Positions 1 to 9,539 of a DNA stretch of 64,000 bases are shown here, piece after piece. The position numbers and the translations under genes are program-made. Source of the stretch: Barthelona sp. PCE (Eukaryota); NCBI GenBank assembly GCA_040285745.1, contig JAUFOR010000003.1:1116001-1180000 (forward strand), given 5' to 3'. The notes below the pieces were generated by a model. It had not been told where the DNA came from. It made no database searches and saw only the letters and a program-made list of their open reading frames with translations. Each line of letters opens with the position of its first letter. Position 1 is the stretch's first letter.

Positions 1-2721
1 TTGGGCTTGGCATCGTTGTATGATTTCAGAGTGAGTGCAGTCAGCTGGCAAAATCAAGTTAGTAATATCAGTTCTGTCATGTGCTAAAATATATGCAACA
101 GTTTTACCAAGTGAAAATAAGTCACTTAGAAATGTTTGCGGTTGTCCAAATAACACTTCAGGGGCCATGTAACCGAAAGTTCCAGCCCCCATGGTTTGGC
201 CACCCATGGTTTGGTTGATGGAGACACTGACACCAAAGTCGCACAATTTGAGTTTGGGATTGGATCCATCCTCATTACAGAAGACAAGGACGTTCTGGGG
301 CTTGAGGTCGCGCAGAATGATACCAGTTGCATGCATCATGAACACAGACATTACGAGCTGATGAGCCATATCGTTTCTTGTCGAAACAGCAAGATACTGA
401 AAATTGTTCAGGTATTGTTCAAGGTCGTAGGGCGCACGCTCAAGCTCGATGCAGACGAATTTCATTGACACTTCACCTCGTCTCATTTCTGGAACGAACA
501 CCACGTTTTTGAGAGAAACAACACATGGGTGAAGCTTTGTTAGAACACGAAGCTCTCTTCGAAGTGCCTTAATGTTAAGGTTCAGACTTTCTTCTGATAA
601 TCTTTGTGATACACATATACATTTGATAAACCGATCATTTTGCCTCAAAATTCCATTAGTCAAACCGAAATCTTCCAGACAACCATTCAAATAACTATCA
701 AAATTAATGATTTTGGGCATGATTGGGAACATGATGGATGAAAGTTGTAGCTGCTCTAACGTTGCTGGCAATTCAACTGCAAAAGAAAACTCACAAATTA
801 AATTATTCAACTTTCCGATACTTTCTTCAATAATATTCAACAAATTTCTCTTTGCATTCTCGAAAAGTACGGTTTCACATGCGACGATGTCCACACGATG
901 ACGTTCTATTTGATCTCTTAACGAATAAAGCAAATCAAAATCTAAAGGATGAGGCTCTTCATTCTGGACCATTGCTTCTCTATATTCTGTGAATTGCTCG
1001 GATAACCCCGCTATCTGTCCAGCACTTTCAGTTAACGATGTATGTTTGTCAATAACCAACGTCATTGTGGAAATAACTTGAGAAGCTTGTGATGTTCCTT
1101 CAAAAAATGCGTTTGCACTGAAATAAGCATCAAAATAAGCATCTAAGTACTGCAATTCTTTGAACTTAGCTTCGTAAAGATGCATGTTTAATGCTCTGGT
1201 GACAGGGGATTCAATGCCTTCAAAAAGGGTTGAAAATGTTGAACTTAATGACTCATTGATTTGAAACTCAGCAATTATCCGCTCCATGTTGTGGATGTAA
1301 TTAATAACCAATCCCAACTCTTGAAGGTTTCTATCCAACTCTTCTGCTGGTGGATCAGAAGATAACCACTCAAAGAATCTTTCAGTTGGTATTTCAAGTA
1401 CTCGAATCTCATCAGCATATCCGTCAACCTGAGTTGTTAAATCATTGTACTGATTGTTTAAATCTGGGGAACGTTGGATTAAATCATCACGTAAAATGCA
1501 AAACATCTCAGTGTGAATAGCAAGCCTGAACCACAAATCATTATCTTCTGTTTGATCATCTGCAAGGATACCAAAATGTTCAAAGATCTTAATACGACCA
1601 AAACCATCGTCTGCACTCCATTCAAGCAGCATTTTTGTTCCATCTTGAAATGAGACGGTGAACAATGAGTCGGTTAGATTAGTAACATCAATAATCCCAT
1701 TAAGATGCATATACTTGGCCTCACTTTTTTGGAGTTGATTAATATGAAGAACTTTTGTATCAAAAAACAGCAAGTAACCATTTTCAACAGGATGAATGAT
1801 GTAGTTTGACTCATATTCTACTGCGTGTACATTAAAAATAAGAAAAAAAGAATGGATTGGATTCTTCAACAATATTAAGCTGTCCGCAAGTCTTTCAAAA
1901 ACCGTTCCTGGTCCTACAAAATCCTTACTTATGATTGCATCAAACCTAAAACACCCAATTTTAAAGACATATGCAATTTTTGGAAACGTGCAAAATAAAT
2001 GTTTTTGATCTGGTGATATGCAAATGGACTGCATTTGTTCCAAATCGCTGTTATACATAAACCCATCCTTTGTTTCTAGGTTGTACACTTGAAATGATGA
2101 ATCGTTCGCAACAACCAAAAAATTTTCAGAGATATCACAGTATTTAATAGGATTAACTATATGTGCTTCTGAAAAAAAAGTATCAGTGCCATCTGCATTT
2201 CTAATACGAATCTTAGGGCCTTTGAAATTGCAACGCTGAATTACAAACGCTTCACCATCAGAGTTTTGTAGCATGATATCACCTTCAAATATGTTGGATA
2301 CCTTGCTTGTGTGGGCATATTTAAAGTACTTTGATCCATTTTGAATGAATATATATTCAGAATTAACCCAACAATTACTACCTTTAGTAAATTTGATATT
2401 TGAAATCACTTCTAAGTTACTTAATTTGGTAGAATGATATGTATCATTAGCACGAAATGTAAGAATATCTCCTTTAGTGCTGAAACAACCATAACTAACA
2501 ATTCCTTCGGTTTCAATGTCATACAAATGAATCATTGTTTCAACATCGAATACACATATACGTCCCAGGTGAACTGTTGCCAATATCTTTTCATCCTTTG
2601 AGAAGCAATATGTTCCTAAATATTCTTCATTATACAGCCTTGTATTGTCAAAAACTCCAGTTTCAGGATTTAGCTTTCTGATAAACGCGCAGCCGTCTTC
2701 ACCCTTGTATACTAATACCAT
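1..2721 (-). CDS. Beta-propeller/coiled-coil/Ser-Thr kinase protein, 3'-truncated by the window edge; tandem paralogue of 3315-7445
   Basis: Absent from the ORF track because it has no stop in the window. Manual translation from ATG 2721 gives MVLVYKGEDG...FQDGTKMLLEWSADDGFGR...FVCIELERAPYDLEQYL...ILRDLKPQNVLVF...KLCDFG...GTFGYMAPE...SDLFSLGKT. Start and kinase are in the same frame; no stop was seen in the stretches read. Confidence 0.88.
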   Translation of the reverse strand, partial: MVLVYKGEDGCAFIRKLNPETGVFDNTRLYNEEYLGTYCFSKDEKILATVHLGRICVFDVETMIHLYDIETEGIVSYGCFSTKGDILTFRANDTYHSTKLSNLEVISNIKFTKGSNCWVNSEYIFIQNGSKYFKYAHTSKVSNIFEGDIMLQNSDGEAFVIQRCNFKGPKIRIRNADGTDTFFSEAHIVNPIKYCDISENFLVVANDSSFQVYNLETKDGFMYNSDLEQMQSICISPDQKHLFCTFPKIAYVFKIGCFRFDAIISKDFVGPGTVFERLADSLILLKNPIHSFFLIFNVHAVEYESNYIIHPVENGYLLFFDTKVLHINQLQKSEAKYMHLNGIIDVTNLTDSLFTVSFQDGTKMLLEWSADDGFGRIKIFEHFGILADDQTEDNDLWFRLAIHTEMFCILRDDLIQRSPDLNNQYNDLTTQVDGYADEIRVLEIPTERFFEWLSSDPPAEELDRNLQELGLVINYIHNMERIIAEFQINESLSSTFSTLFEGIESPVTRALNMHLYEAKFKELQYLDAYFDAYFSANAFFEGTSQASQVISTMTLVIDKHTSLTESAGQIAGLSEQFTEYREAMVQNEEPHPLDFDLLYSLRDQIERHRVDIVACETVLFENAKRNLLNIIEESIGKLNNLICEFSFAVELPATLEQLQLSSIMFPIMPKIINFDSYLNGCLEDFGLTNGILRQNDRFIKCICVSQRLSEESLNLNIKALRRELRVLTKLHPCVVSLKNVVFVPEMRRGEVSMKFVCIELERAPYDLEQYLNNFQYLAVSTRNDMAHQLVMSVFMMHATGIILRDLKPQNVLVFCNEDGSNPKLKLCDFGVSVSINQTMGGQTMGAGTFGYMAPEVLFGQPQTFLSDLFSLGKTVAYILAHDRTDITNLILPADCTHSEIIQRCQAQ

Positions 2722-3314
2722 TATTCAACTAGTTTTCGAAAAAAGGGGGTGAAAAATTGAAAACTGAAATTTTGGAGATAGAGAACATAAAAAACTTATG
2801 AATGTTATAGTTGTGTGTTTTGGATGCTAATAATGTAAAAGAAATATTGTTAAAATCTCAACGAAAAAAAATTAAATATGACCTGCATTAAAAAAAACCT
2901 GCTTTTCCATAAACATCAAAATCTGTTAATCTAAACTTTTTTAACTTGGGAATGTATTTGGTACCCACCTTGCAACCATGAAAATAGCTTAGCTCATGAT
3001 TATTACGAGCAAATATTATTGTTCGGATTCTCACTCGTTGGATGTAACTCATATTCGTGCATCTTTACGGTAGTGGCGACCCCCGAGTACATTGATTGTG
3101 CTGAGAACTGTTTCATTGCCCTTCTAATGAAAATAAACAAAAATAGAAAAGTTAAGTCATATGTTTGCACAGAGCACTCGAGAAAATCGCGTACACTCTC
3201 CCCAGGCACCCAAGCTAACGTGTTAATAACAAGCGCACATTCCCATTCTTTGTTGGAACAAATAAAAACTTTTACATATTTATTGACATACTTTATGAAT
3301 AAGTATGATCGTGA

Positions 3315-6300
3315 TCATGAGAACTGACGCATACTGTCTTGTACCTGCTCAAACGTCAGCTCTTGTGTTGGGGCAACTTCGCACTGACCAGCAGGATTGC
3401 AGATGGATGAGAGACACGAGAAACAGAATAAGAAGATGCATGAAGGACACTTCACGCTCTTGCAACCACCATCGTACGTCACCAATGTACAACATCTGGG
3501 ACAAGCACGAACTGATGGTACATTATCAATGCCGTTAATGGTGATGTCAATATCCAGTGCATCCTGCAAGCTTTCATTGAGATCTTCAACATCTTTCGTT
3601 GTATATCGAGAAAGTGTGCGCAGAACATGGAATTTCAAATCACTAGGCATAAAATTGCGAATAGCACTGCGAATAATTTCACCGATACATTGTGCATCGT
3701 TAGGTATGTGCAGCGTGCGTATAACACGACTAACCAATGGCGGTTTCGTGTTGTCATGATGAAATGCCACTGTGAACTGTGATAGTTTGGTCGACCCATT
3801 GAGCCAGTGCACAAAATGAGTTAATTCAAGAGAGTCTAGCCCGTGCAACAGTGTTTCAAAAGATTCCTTTAGATCTTCCGGCATGTCATCGACAAATTTG
3901 AGTGCTTTGAGCACCTTCTCCAATGTGAAACGAGGTGGCTCGCACATGATAGCCTTTATCTCAGTGAACGAACTCAGTTGCTCAGGAAGCTGAAATTCAT
4001 AAAATGTATTGTGAATATCTTCAGACAGTTTGATCCATCCTTCCTTAACGAAATTTTCACGAGCTCGTTGCATGAACTCATTGAGGTTCTCATCAGTGAC
4101 TGGCACGTCTTCACCTCCATAAAGGTTGAAGTTTAGATTATCATCACTGGCAATATTCTGAATGCTGATTGATTGCATAGGAAAAGCCCTTGCAAAAACA
4201 GCAGCATCAGAAAGCTGATCAAAGTCGCAGCTGAGTGCATTAAGAACGAAATTTCCGACTTGTGAATCATCAATGGGTGCCTGGAATACAAGGCAGCAGT
4301 ACAGAAAAGTGCACATATTCTTTACGTCAGTATCTGTTGATTTAGAGGTGATGGGCGGTACCAATCTGTGCTGGAAAAGATATCTGATGTATTGGGTCAG
4401 ATGAAGACGTTGATCGCCAAAAGTAATAATGGCATCTTTAAAAATAGTTCTTCTATCAATGATATAAGTGCGTATACTTCTGAATACCTGAAAAAAGTGC
4501 TCATATTCAATGTTTTCAATATCTTCAATCGCCTGTCTCTCAAGGAAAAACTCGATCATTTCCCTGCGAAGGTCCATATCAAAGTCAATATTCAACTTCA
4601 ACGCCAACTTATAAATGCTCGGTCTTTCAAGTGGTTTTTGCAGTACACATTCGTTTAATATGTCTGAATGAGGCCATAAATCCTGAATATTTGTTGGTGA
4701 ACCAAAAACTCTCCAAATTGTTTTGCCAAGCGAGTAAATGTCACCCATAAACGAGTTTGAATTTCCTTCACTCAATTCGGGCGGAATATACTGCACTGTT
4801 CCAACCCTTGTTGTACTGTTCGTCAGTTTAGGGTCAATACTATCACTAAAATCGCAAAGCTTTATGATTGGGTTGTTACCGTCTTCATCACAGAATACAA
4901 GGGCGTTGTTGGGCTTGATGTCACGCAACATTATTCCCCTTGTGTGCATAGTTAATACGCATTTAATGAGCTGCTTTGCTATGGAGATTTTAGTGTCCTC
5001 ATTTAAATCGGGGAATTCAGTCAAATACTGCTCAAGATCATACGGCGCCCTTTCAAGCTCGAGACAGACAAATTCCAGAGTTGGATCCTCATTTTCTGCC
5101 TCTTTATACACCAATGTAACACCCTTAAGCTCAACTACACATGTATCGAATCGGGTCAGAACCCTCAATTCATGCCTTAAAGACTTTATATTTCTCTCAA
5201 TATTACCATCAAACAGAGTTGATACACAAAAACACTTGCAACATAAATCTTCAGTGATCTGCACTGAGTTCTGCGTTCTAGTAATTCTTAGCCTGCCAAG
5301 AGAATACCTGAGATTAATTACTTTGGGAACAAATGGAAACCTGATACTTGAAAGATTGAGCTCTTCAAGTACACTAATGATATCCACATTCTTAAAACTC
5401 ACTTCACTAATGATTGCATTGAGTGATTGTTGAATATCTGACAATTCAACAATGAGTGCATTCTTTGCTTCACTGAAATAAGTCGTTTCAAGAGCTATGA
5501 TGGGTCGTAAATTTTGAGCAACCTGCTCTTTGATTGAAAATAGCGAATTGAAATCTGTTTTGTTGACAGCGTCATCATCAAACATGATTTGACGAAAATC
5601 TTCCATGTTTTTTTCAATGTCACGCAAATTCATTTTAATTACATTTATCTCACATTTTGTGCTCTGAAATAACACTACTTGATTGTGAATATCGCATAAA
5701 TCGAGATCCAAACACTGGTTATAACAATTAAAGTGAGTATCTAAAACTTTCAACTTCTCCACCATTTCATTTTTCTTTTCTTTATAAAGAATTCTAACTG
5801 TGCGGTTTTCTGCAACAATTGCATTATAATGTAAATCAAATGAGGTGCTTAGATGACTGTCATCAAAACCGTACTTCCTAACAACGCTTTTCAAACTCTT
5901 GACATACTCCTTAGCTAAATTGATGCTTCCTAAATGAACAAACATAGAATCTACGAGAGGTCTCTCGGTCAACCAATTGAAAAAGGATTCTGGGGGCTCT
6001 TTAAGCTGTAAAATCTCAGCAGCACAGTTATTAAAAATATTCATCAACTCAATAACTGATGAAGTTAAAAAACTTTGTTGAATAATTCTTGTATCATGTT
6101 TTGCAACATAACGATCCAATTGTGAAGGTGTTTTGCTCATCTCTGACAGTTTTCTTTCCATTTCCAACATCATTTCAGAAATATGATTTTGGAACATCAA
6201 TTCCATTTCTGATTTTGATACAAATATTGAGCAAAGATCAATAATTGTTGTTTTTGGCATTACATCAATTCTTTTTTGTAACATTAATGTGCGACCAAAT

Positions 6301-7445
6301 CCATCATTCTTGCTCCATTCCACAAGTTCCATTGTTCCATCATCGAATTCAACATAGAACACAGAATTATCATCCTTCTCAACATTGACAATTTTCCCAC
6401 TATGTCGTTCATAGTTTTGGGTGATACAATTTCTCTTCGTTATGTATACCACTTTTGATAAAAAAAACATCAAGTAACCGTCTATAACTGGTTTAGCAAA
6501 GTATATCGAATCATATGAAACATATGATGTACCAAAGTAAAAAAATGAGCTCAATGGAGTTAACAAACCTACAAAATCTTCACTTACAATGTCATAAGCT
6601 GTAGTTGGTCCTGTACAACATAAAGGCACAGTTGCAACAAATATTCCATTTAAAATATTGTAAACTTTTGCTGTTTCAAACTCAGCAACTGTCAAATGTT
6701 GTTCATTCAGTGATATGTAAACATTTTCAACTACATTTTCGAAAAACAAGTCTATCCAAGTTTCCAGATTTCTGTTACATAATATTACTCGCTTGCTGAA
6801 GCCCAACACTAAATATTGCGTTGAAATACAACTTAAAACAGAATCGACTTGCTCAACTAGTTCAAATTCTTTAACTATAACATCACTGCAAGTCTTAAGT
6901 CTTAAAAAATTTTTGCCATTTTTGTGAGAACGTTCCCAAAAATAAATATTCTCTTCATCTTCCATTACATAACCAACTAAACTACTGTCTACATTAATAG
7001 TATCAATAATACCATCCATCATATCATACCGGAATTTAAACACAGTATCGGATGAAAAAGATTCAACATAAAGGAATTCTGAATTAACCCAACATTTCAA
7101 ACCTGAAGCAAACTCAACGCTTGAGATGCAACGTTTGGAATTAATGCTATGTATATGGTACTTTCCACTGCCTTTAAAGGCTAGAAATTGCCCATCACCA
7201 CTGAGACATCCATTACCAACATACTCTGAATCAGTCTCAATTGAATAAATCTTCTCCAATGTAGGTATACGAAACACATAAATATGAGATTGGTGCACCG
7301 TGGCTATTGTACTCTCATCTTTTGATGTCCAATATATATCACAATAATCCTTAAAAGTCAAAATTTTATATTCCATTTGCTCTGTTTGACAATTGTAACG
7401 TTTGACTCTTACAAACCCTTCACTGGTTTTCTCGACCAGTAGCAT
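3315..7445 (-). CDS. Multidomain protein: beta-propeller-like N-terminus, helical/coiled-coil region, protein kinase, HECT-like domain without catalytic Cys, C-terminal RBR Rcat/IBR-type zinc finger
   Basis: 1376 aa ORF. Kinase motifs LRDIKPNN, KLCDFS, GTVQYIPPE, DIYSLG. HECT-like blocks GGEDVPVTDENLNEFM, FTEIKAIMC, FVHWLNGSTKL, PPLVSRVIRTLHIP. Cys pattern CPRC-x8-C-x4-CPSC-x4-CFSC. Confidence 0.85.
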   Translation of the reverse strand: MLLVEKTSEGFVRVKRYNCQTEQMEYKILTFKDYCDIYWTSKDESTIATVHQSHIYVFRIPTLEKIYSIETDSEYVGNGCLSGDGQFLAFKGSGKYHIHSINSKRCISSVEFASGLKCWVNSEFLYVESFSSDTVFKFRYDMMDGIIDTINVDSSLVGYVMEDEENIYFWERSHKNGKNFLRLKTCSDVIVKEFELVEQVDSVLSCISTQYLVLGFSKRVILCNRNLETWIDLFFENVVENVYISLNEQHLTVAEFETAKVYNILNGIFVATVPLCCTGPTTAYDIVSEDFVGLLTPLSSFFYFGTSYVSYDSIYFAKPVIDGYLMFFLSKVVYITKRNCITQNYERHSGKIVNVEKDDNSVFYVEFDDGTMELVEWSKNDGFGRTLMLQKRIDVMPKTTIIDLCSIFVSKSEMELMFQNHISEMMLEMERKLSEMSKTPSQLDRYVAKHDTRIIQQSFLTSSVIELMNIFNNCAAEILQLKEPPESFFNWLTERPLVDSMFVHLGSINLAKEYVKSLKSVVRKYGFDDSHLSTSFDLHYNAIVAENRTVRILYKEKKNEMVEKLKVLDTHFNCYNQCLDLDLCDIHNQVVLFQSTKCEINVIKMNLRDIEKNMEDFRQIMFDDDAVNKTDFNSLFSIKEQVAQNLRPIIALETTYFSEAKNALIVELSDIQQSLNAIISEVSFKNVDIISVLEELNLSSIRFPFVPKVINLRYSLGRLRITRTQNSVQITEDLCCKCFCVSTLFDGNIERNIKSLRHELRVLTRFDTCVVELKGVTLVYKEAENEDPTLEFVCLELERAPYDLEQYLTEFPDLNEDTKISIAKQLIKCVLTMHTRGIMLRDIKPNNALVFCDEDGNNPIIKLCDFSDSIDPKLTNSTTRVGTVQYIPPELSEGNSNSFMGDIYSLGKTIWRVFGSPTNIQDLWPHSDILNECVLQKPLERPSIYKLALKLNIDFDMDLRREMIEFFLERQAIEDIENIEYEHFFQVFRSIRTYIIDRRTIFKDAIITFGDQRLHLTQYIRYLFQHRLVPPITSKSTDTDVKNMCTFLYCCLVFQAPIDDSQVGNFVLNALSCDFDQLSDAAVFARAFPMQSISIQNIASDDNLNFNLYGGEDVPVTDENLNEFMQRARENFVKEGWIKLSEDIHNTFYEFQLPEQLSSFTEIKAIMCEPPRFTLEKVLKALKFVDDMPEDLKESFETLLHGLDSLELTHFVHWLNGSTKLSQFTVAFHHDNTKPPLVSRVIRTLHIPNDAQCIGEIIRSAIRNFMPSDLKFHVLRTLSRYTTKDVEDLNESLQDALDIDITINGIDNVPSVRACPRCCTLVTYDGGCKSVKCPSCIFLFCFSCLSSICNPAGQCEVAPTQELTFEQVQDSMRQFS

Positions 7446-7888
7446 AAGTTTTTAATTGATAAGCTAAAAAAGGAGAAGGAAAGAAAAAAGTATAACAATT
7501 GTCTGAAATTTAAATATTAGTCGCATTGTTCGCGCTTGTTTTTAGCAATATAGCACGTGTAGCTAATATTTTTTATGCAATATGTCCATCCTGTGAAACC
7601 CTGCTTTTCACAGGTAAGATTTTTATGTGTATTTCAAACATTGCGACCGCTAATTCGCCCACTAACAGCATATCAATTCTAAAGATTCAGAAGATCTTCA
7701 ATTTATAGCCAACTAAATTGAAACATGAACTTACCTACCGTTATACAGCTTATTTCAAAGTTTTATAATCTTCACCTATGCATACATTAAATAAACACGT
7801 GATTGACCCGGTTATATTCTTATTCACAGACCTTTAATTTTGAATTCAGTTTTTACCCCTTATTCTTAAATTACTACTTGTTTGTAAT

Positions 7889-9034
7889 ATGAAAGGATAT
7901 CAACAAATTGGCGTTTCTATCAATAACAGCAACCACAATCGTCCAAAAAAAAGAATGCTTTGCTCTTCTGTTTGTGACAAACTCTGCTGCTTTTTTGTTC
8001 TTGCTTTGATCGCTTTTATTTTCGTTGGCACGTACTATGGTACGCTGATGACACTTTCCTATAGAATTCAGTTGAAAAGATATGGTTTCAGTAACTCATC
8101 AACTTCAGTTTTCAATTACAATTTTAATGCTGCATACTATAATCAAATGAACTATGATGGTTCTTTCGAGAGATCACTCGCAGTGCGCTGTCAGAACATC
8201 ACAGGTGACTCCATCTATGATGTAGGACCATCGTACATTATGTACTCACAGGATAACACCGATATTTGTAATATCGATAAAGATGATGTATTACTTGCCC
8301 CTGACACACCAGGAGTCGACGATGCAGGTGTAGAGGATCCAAAAATAGTCTATTGGCAAAAAACTGGTTATTACTACATGTTTTACACTGCGGTTTCAAT
8401 CACTGAAGATGCTTCAAGAAATTCCAAACTGTCATTGGCAACAAGCCCTTCTGGCATTCCCAACTCTTGGACCAAGCACGGACCATTATGGGGTAAGAAT
8501 GGAAAAAATTCAACTGGTGGATCTGTTGTTCTTAATGGAAATAATGTTGTAGGTATGATTTGGGGAGATGGGTCACTATATTGGAGCTATTCAGATGATA
8601 TGATACATTGGACAAACGAAACAAAGCCTTGGTTGAGCCCTAGAAAAAATTTCTTTGATTCTGAATTTATTTACCCAGGTCCACCACCAATTAAATTGAG
8701 TGATGGAAACTACTTGTTTTTGTACAATTCCGCAAGGAAGTTCAATCAAACAACTGAAAAACCGGATTATGACTTACAATATAACGTAGGATTTTTAATT
8801 CTAAACGGAAAAGATCCCAAAAGGATTAGATATAGAAGCAAATCACCTATTATGAGTCCCAAACTGCCATTTGAAAAATGTATTGATGGTGGAGGTCAAA
8901 CTCCTAATGCAGTGTCTATTACTGGCATTCATAAGAATGAGGCAAAAGATTCGTTTACTGTTTACTACAGTGCCTGTAATTCAGGGACATACAAGGCCCA
9001 AATAACTGTGTACAGAAAGTTTAAAACTGCTTAA
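7889..9034 (+). CDS. Glycoside hydrolase family 130-like (beta-mannoside hydrolase/phosphorylase fold), type II membrane anchored
   Basis: GVEDPKIV, YYMFYTA, PGPPPIKLSDGNYLFLYN, YNVGFLIL and PNAV motifs of the GH130 five-bladed propeller. Hydrophobic segment at about aa 33-55. Confidence 0.75.
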   Translation: MKGYQQIGVSINNSNHNRPKKRMLCSSVCDKLCCFFVLALIAFIFVGTYYGTLMTLSYRIQLKRYGFSNSSTSVFNYNFNAAYYNQMNYDGSFERSLAVRCQNITGDSIYDVGPSYIMYSQDNTDICNIDKDDVLLAPDTPGVDDAGVEDPKIVYWQKTGYYYMFYTAVSITEDASRNSKLSLATSPSGIPNSWTKHGPLWGKNGKNSTGGSVVLNGNNVVGMIWGDGSLYWSYSDDMIHWTNETKPWLSPRKNFFDSEFIYPGPPPIKLSDGNYLFLYNSARKFNQTTEKPDYDLQYNVGFLILNGKDPKRIRYRSKSPIMSPKLPFEKCIDGGGQTPNAVSITGIHKNEAKDSFTVYYSACNSGTYKAQITVYRKFKTA

Positions 9035-9539
9035 AGCACTAATTTTACTAATACTCTGTGAATAAATGTTGAGTTATAAGCTTCATTATTGCCTAAAGTT
9101 TCCTTCGCTCTACTCACAATTCAACTGCAACGGGAGCAAAGTCTGAAGACTGGCGCCTATATATCACCCATATATATAAAAATTTGGGAAATCTTTAGAC
9201 AGGTACCTCAATTTTTCTATCCACAGAACTTTAGATCATAAATACGTTAGAGTATACATGTGAGTTCCTGTACCATGTATGACTAAATTGAGAAGGAAAT
9301 GCGATGCCATATCGAAAACGAAATACTCGTGTCACAATCCAAACGGTTATCCATCGCCGTTCTCATCACCCTACAGCTATTTTTCACCGACTCAACTGGA
9401 TAAAGAATACATTTAAGAGCATAATAGTGTTTTACGTTGTCTCTCCTTTACTCGTACGCAAACACGTACGTTTTCTTCGTTTCGTTTGATCATTGTGTAT
9501 TCTATTGAAACCCACTCATTCTTGATTGGATAAACGCAT

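Noticed and set aside
9304-9489. 61 aa ORF upstream of MAK
   Set aside because: Short with no recognisable motif; cannot be distinguished from chance.
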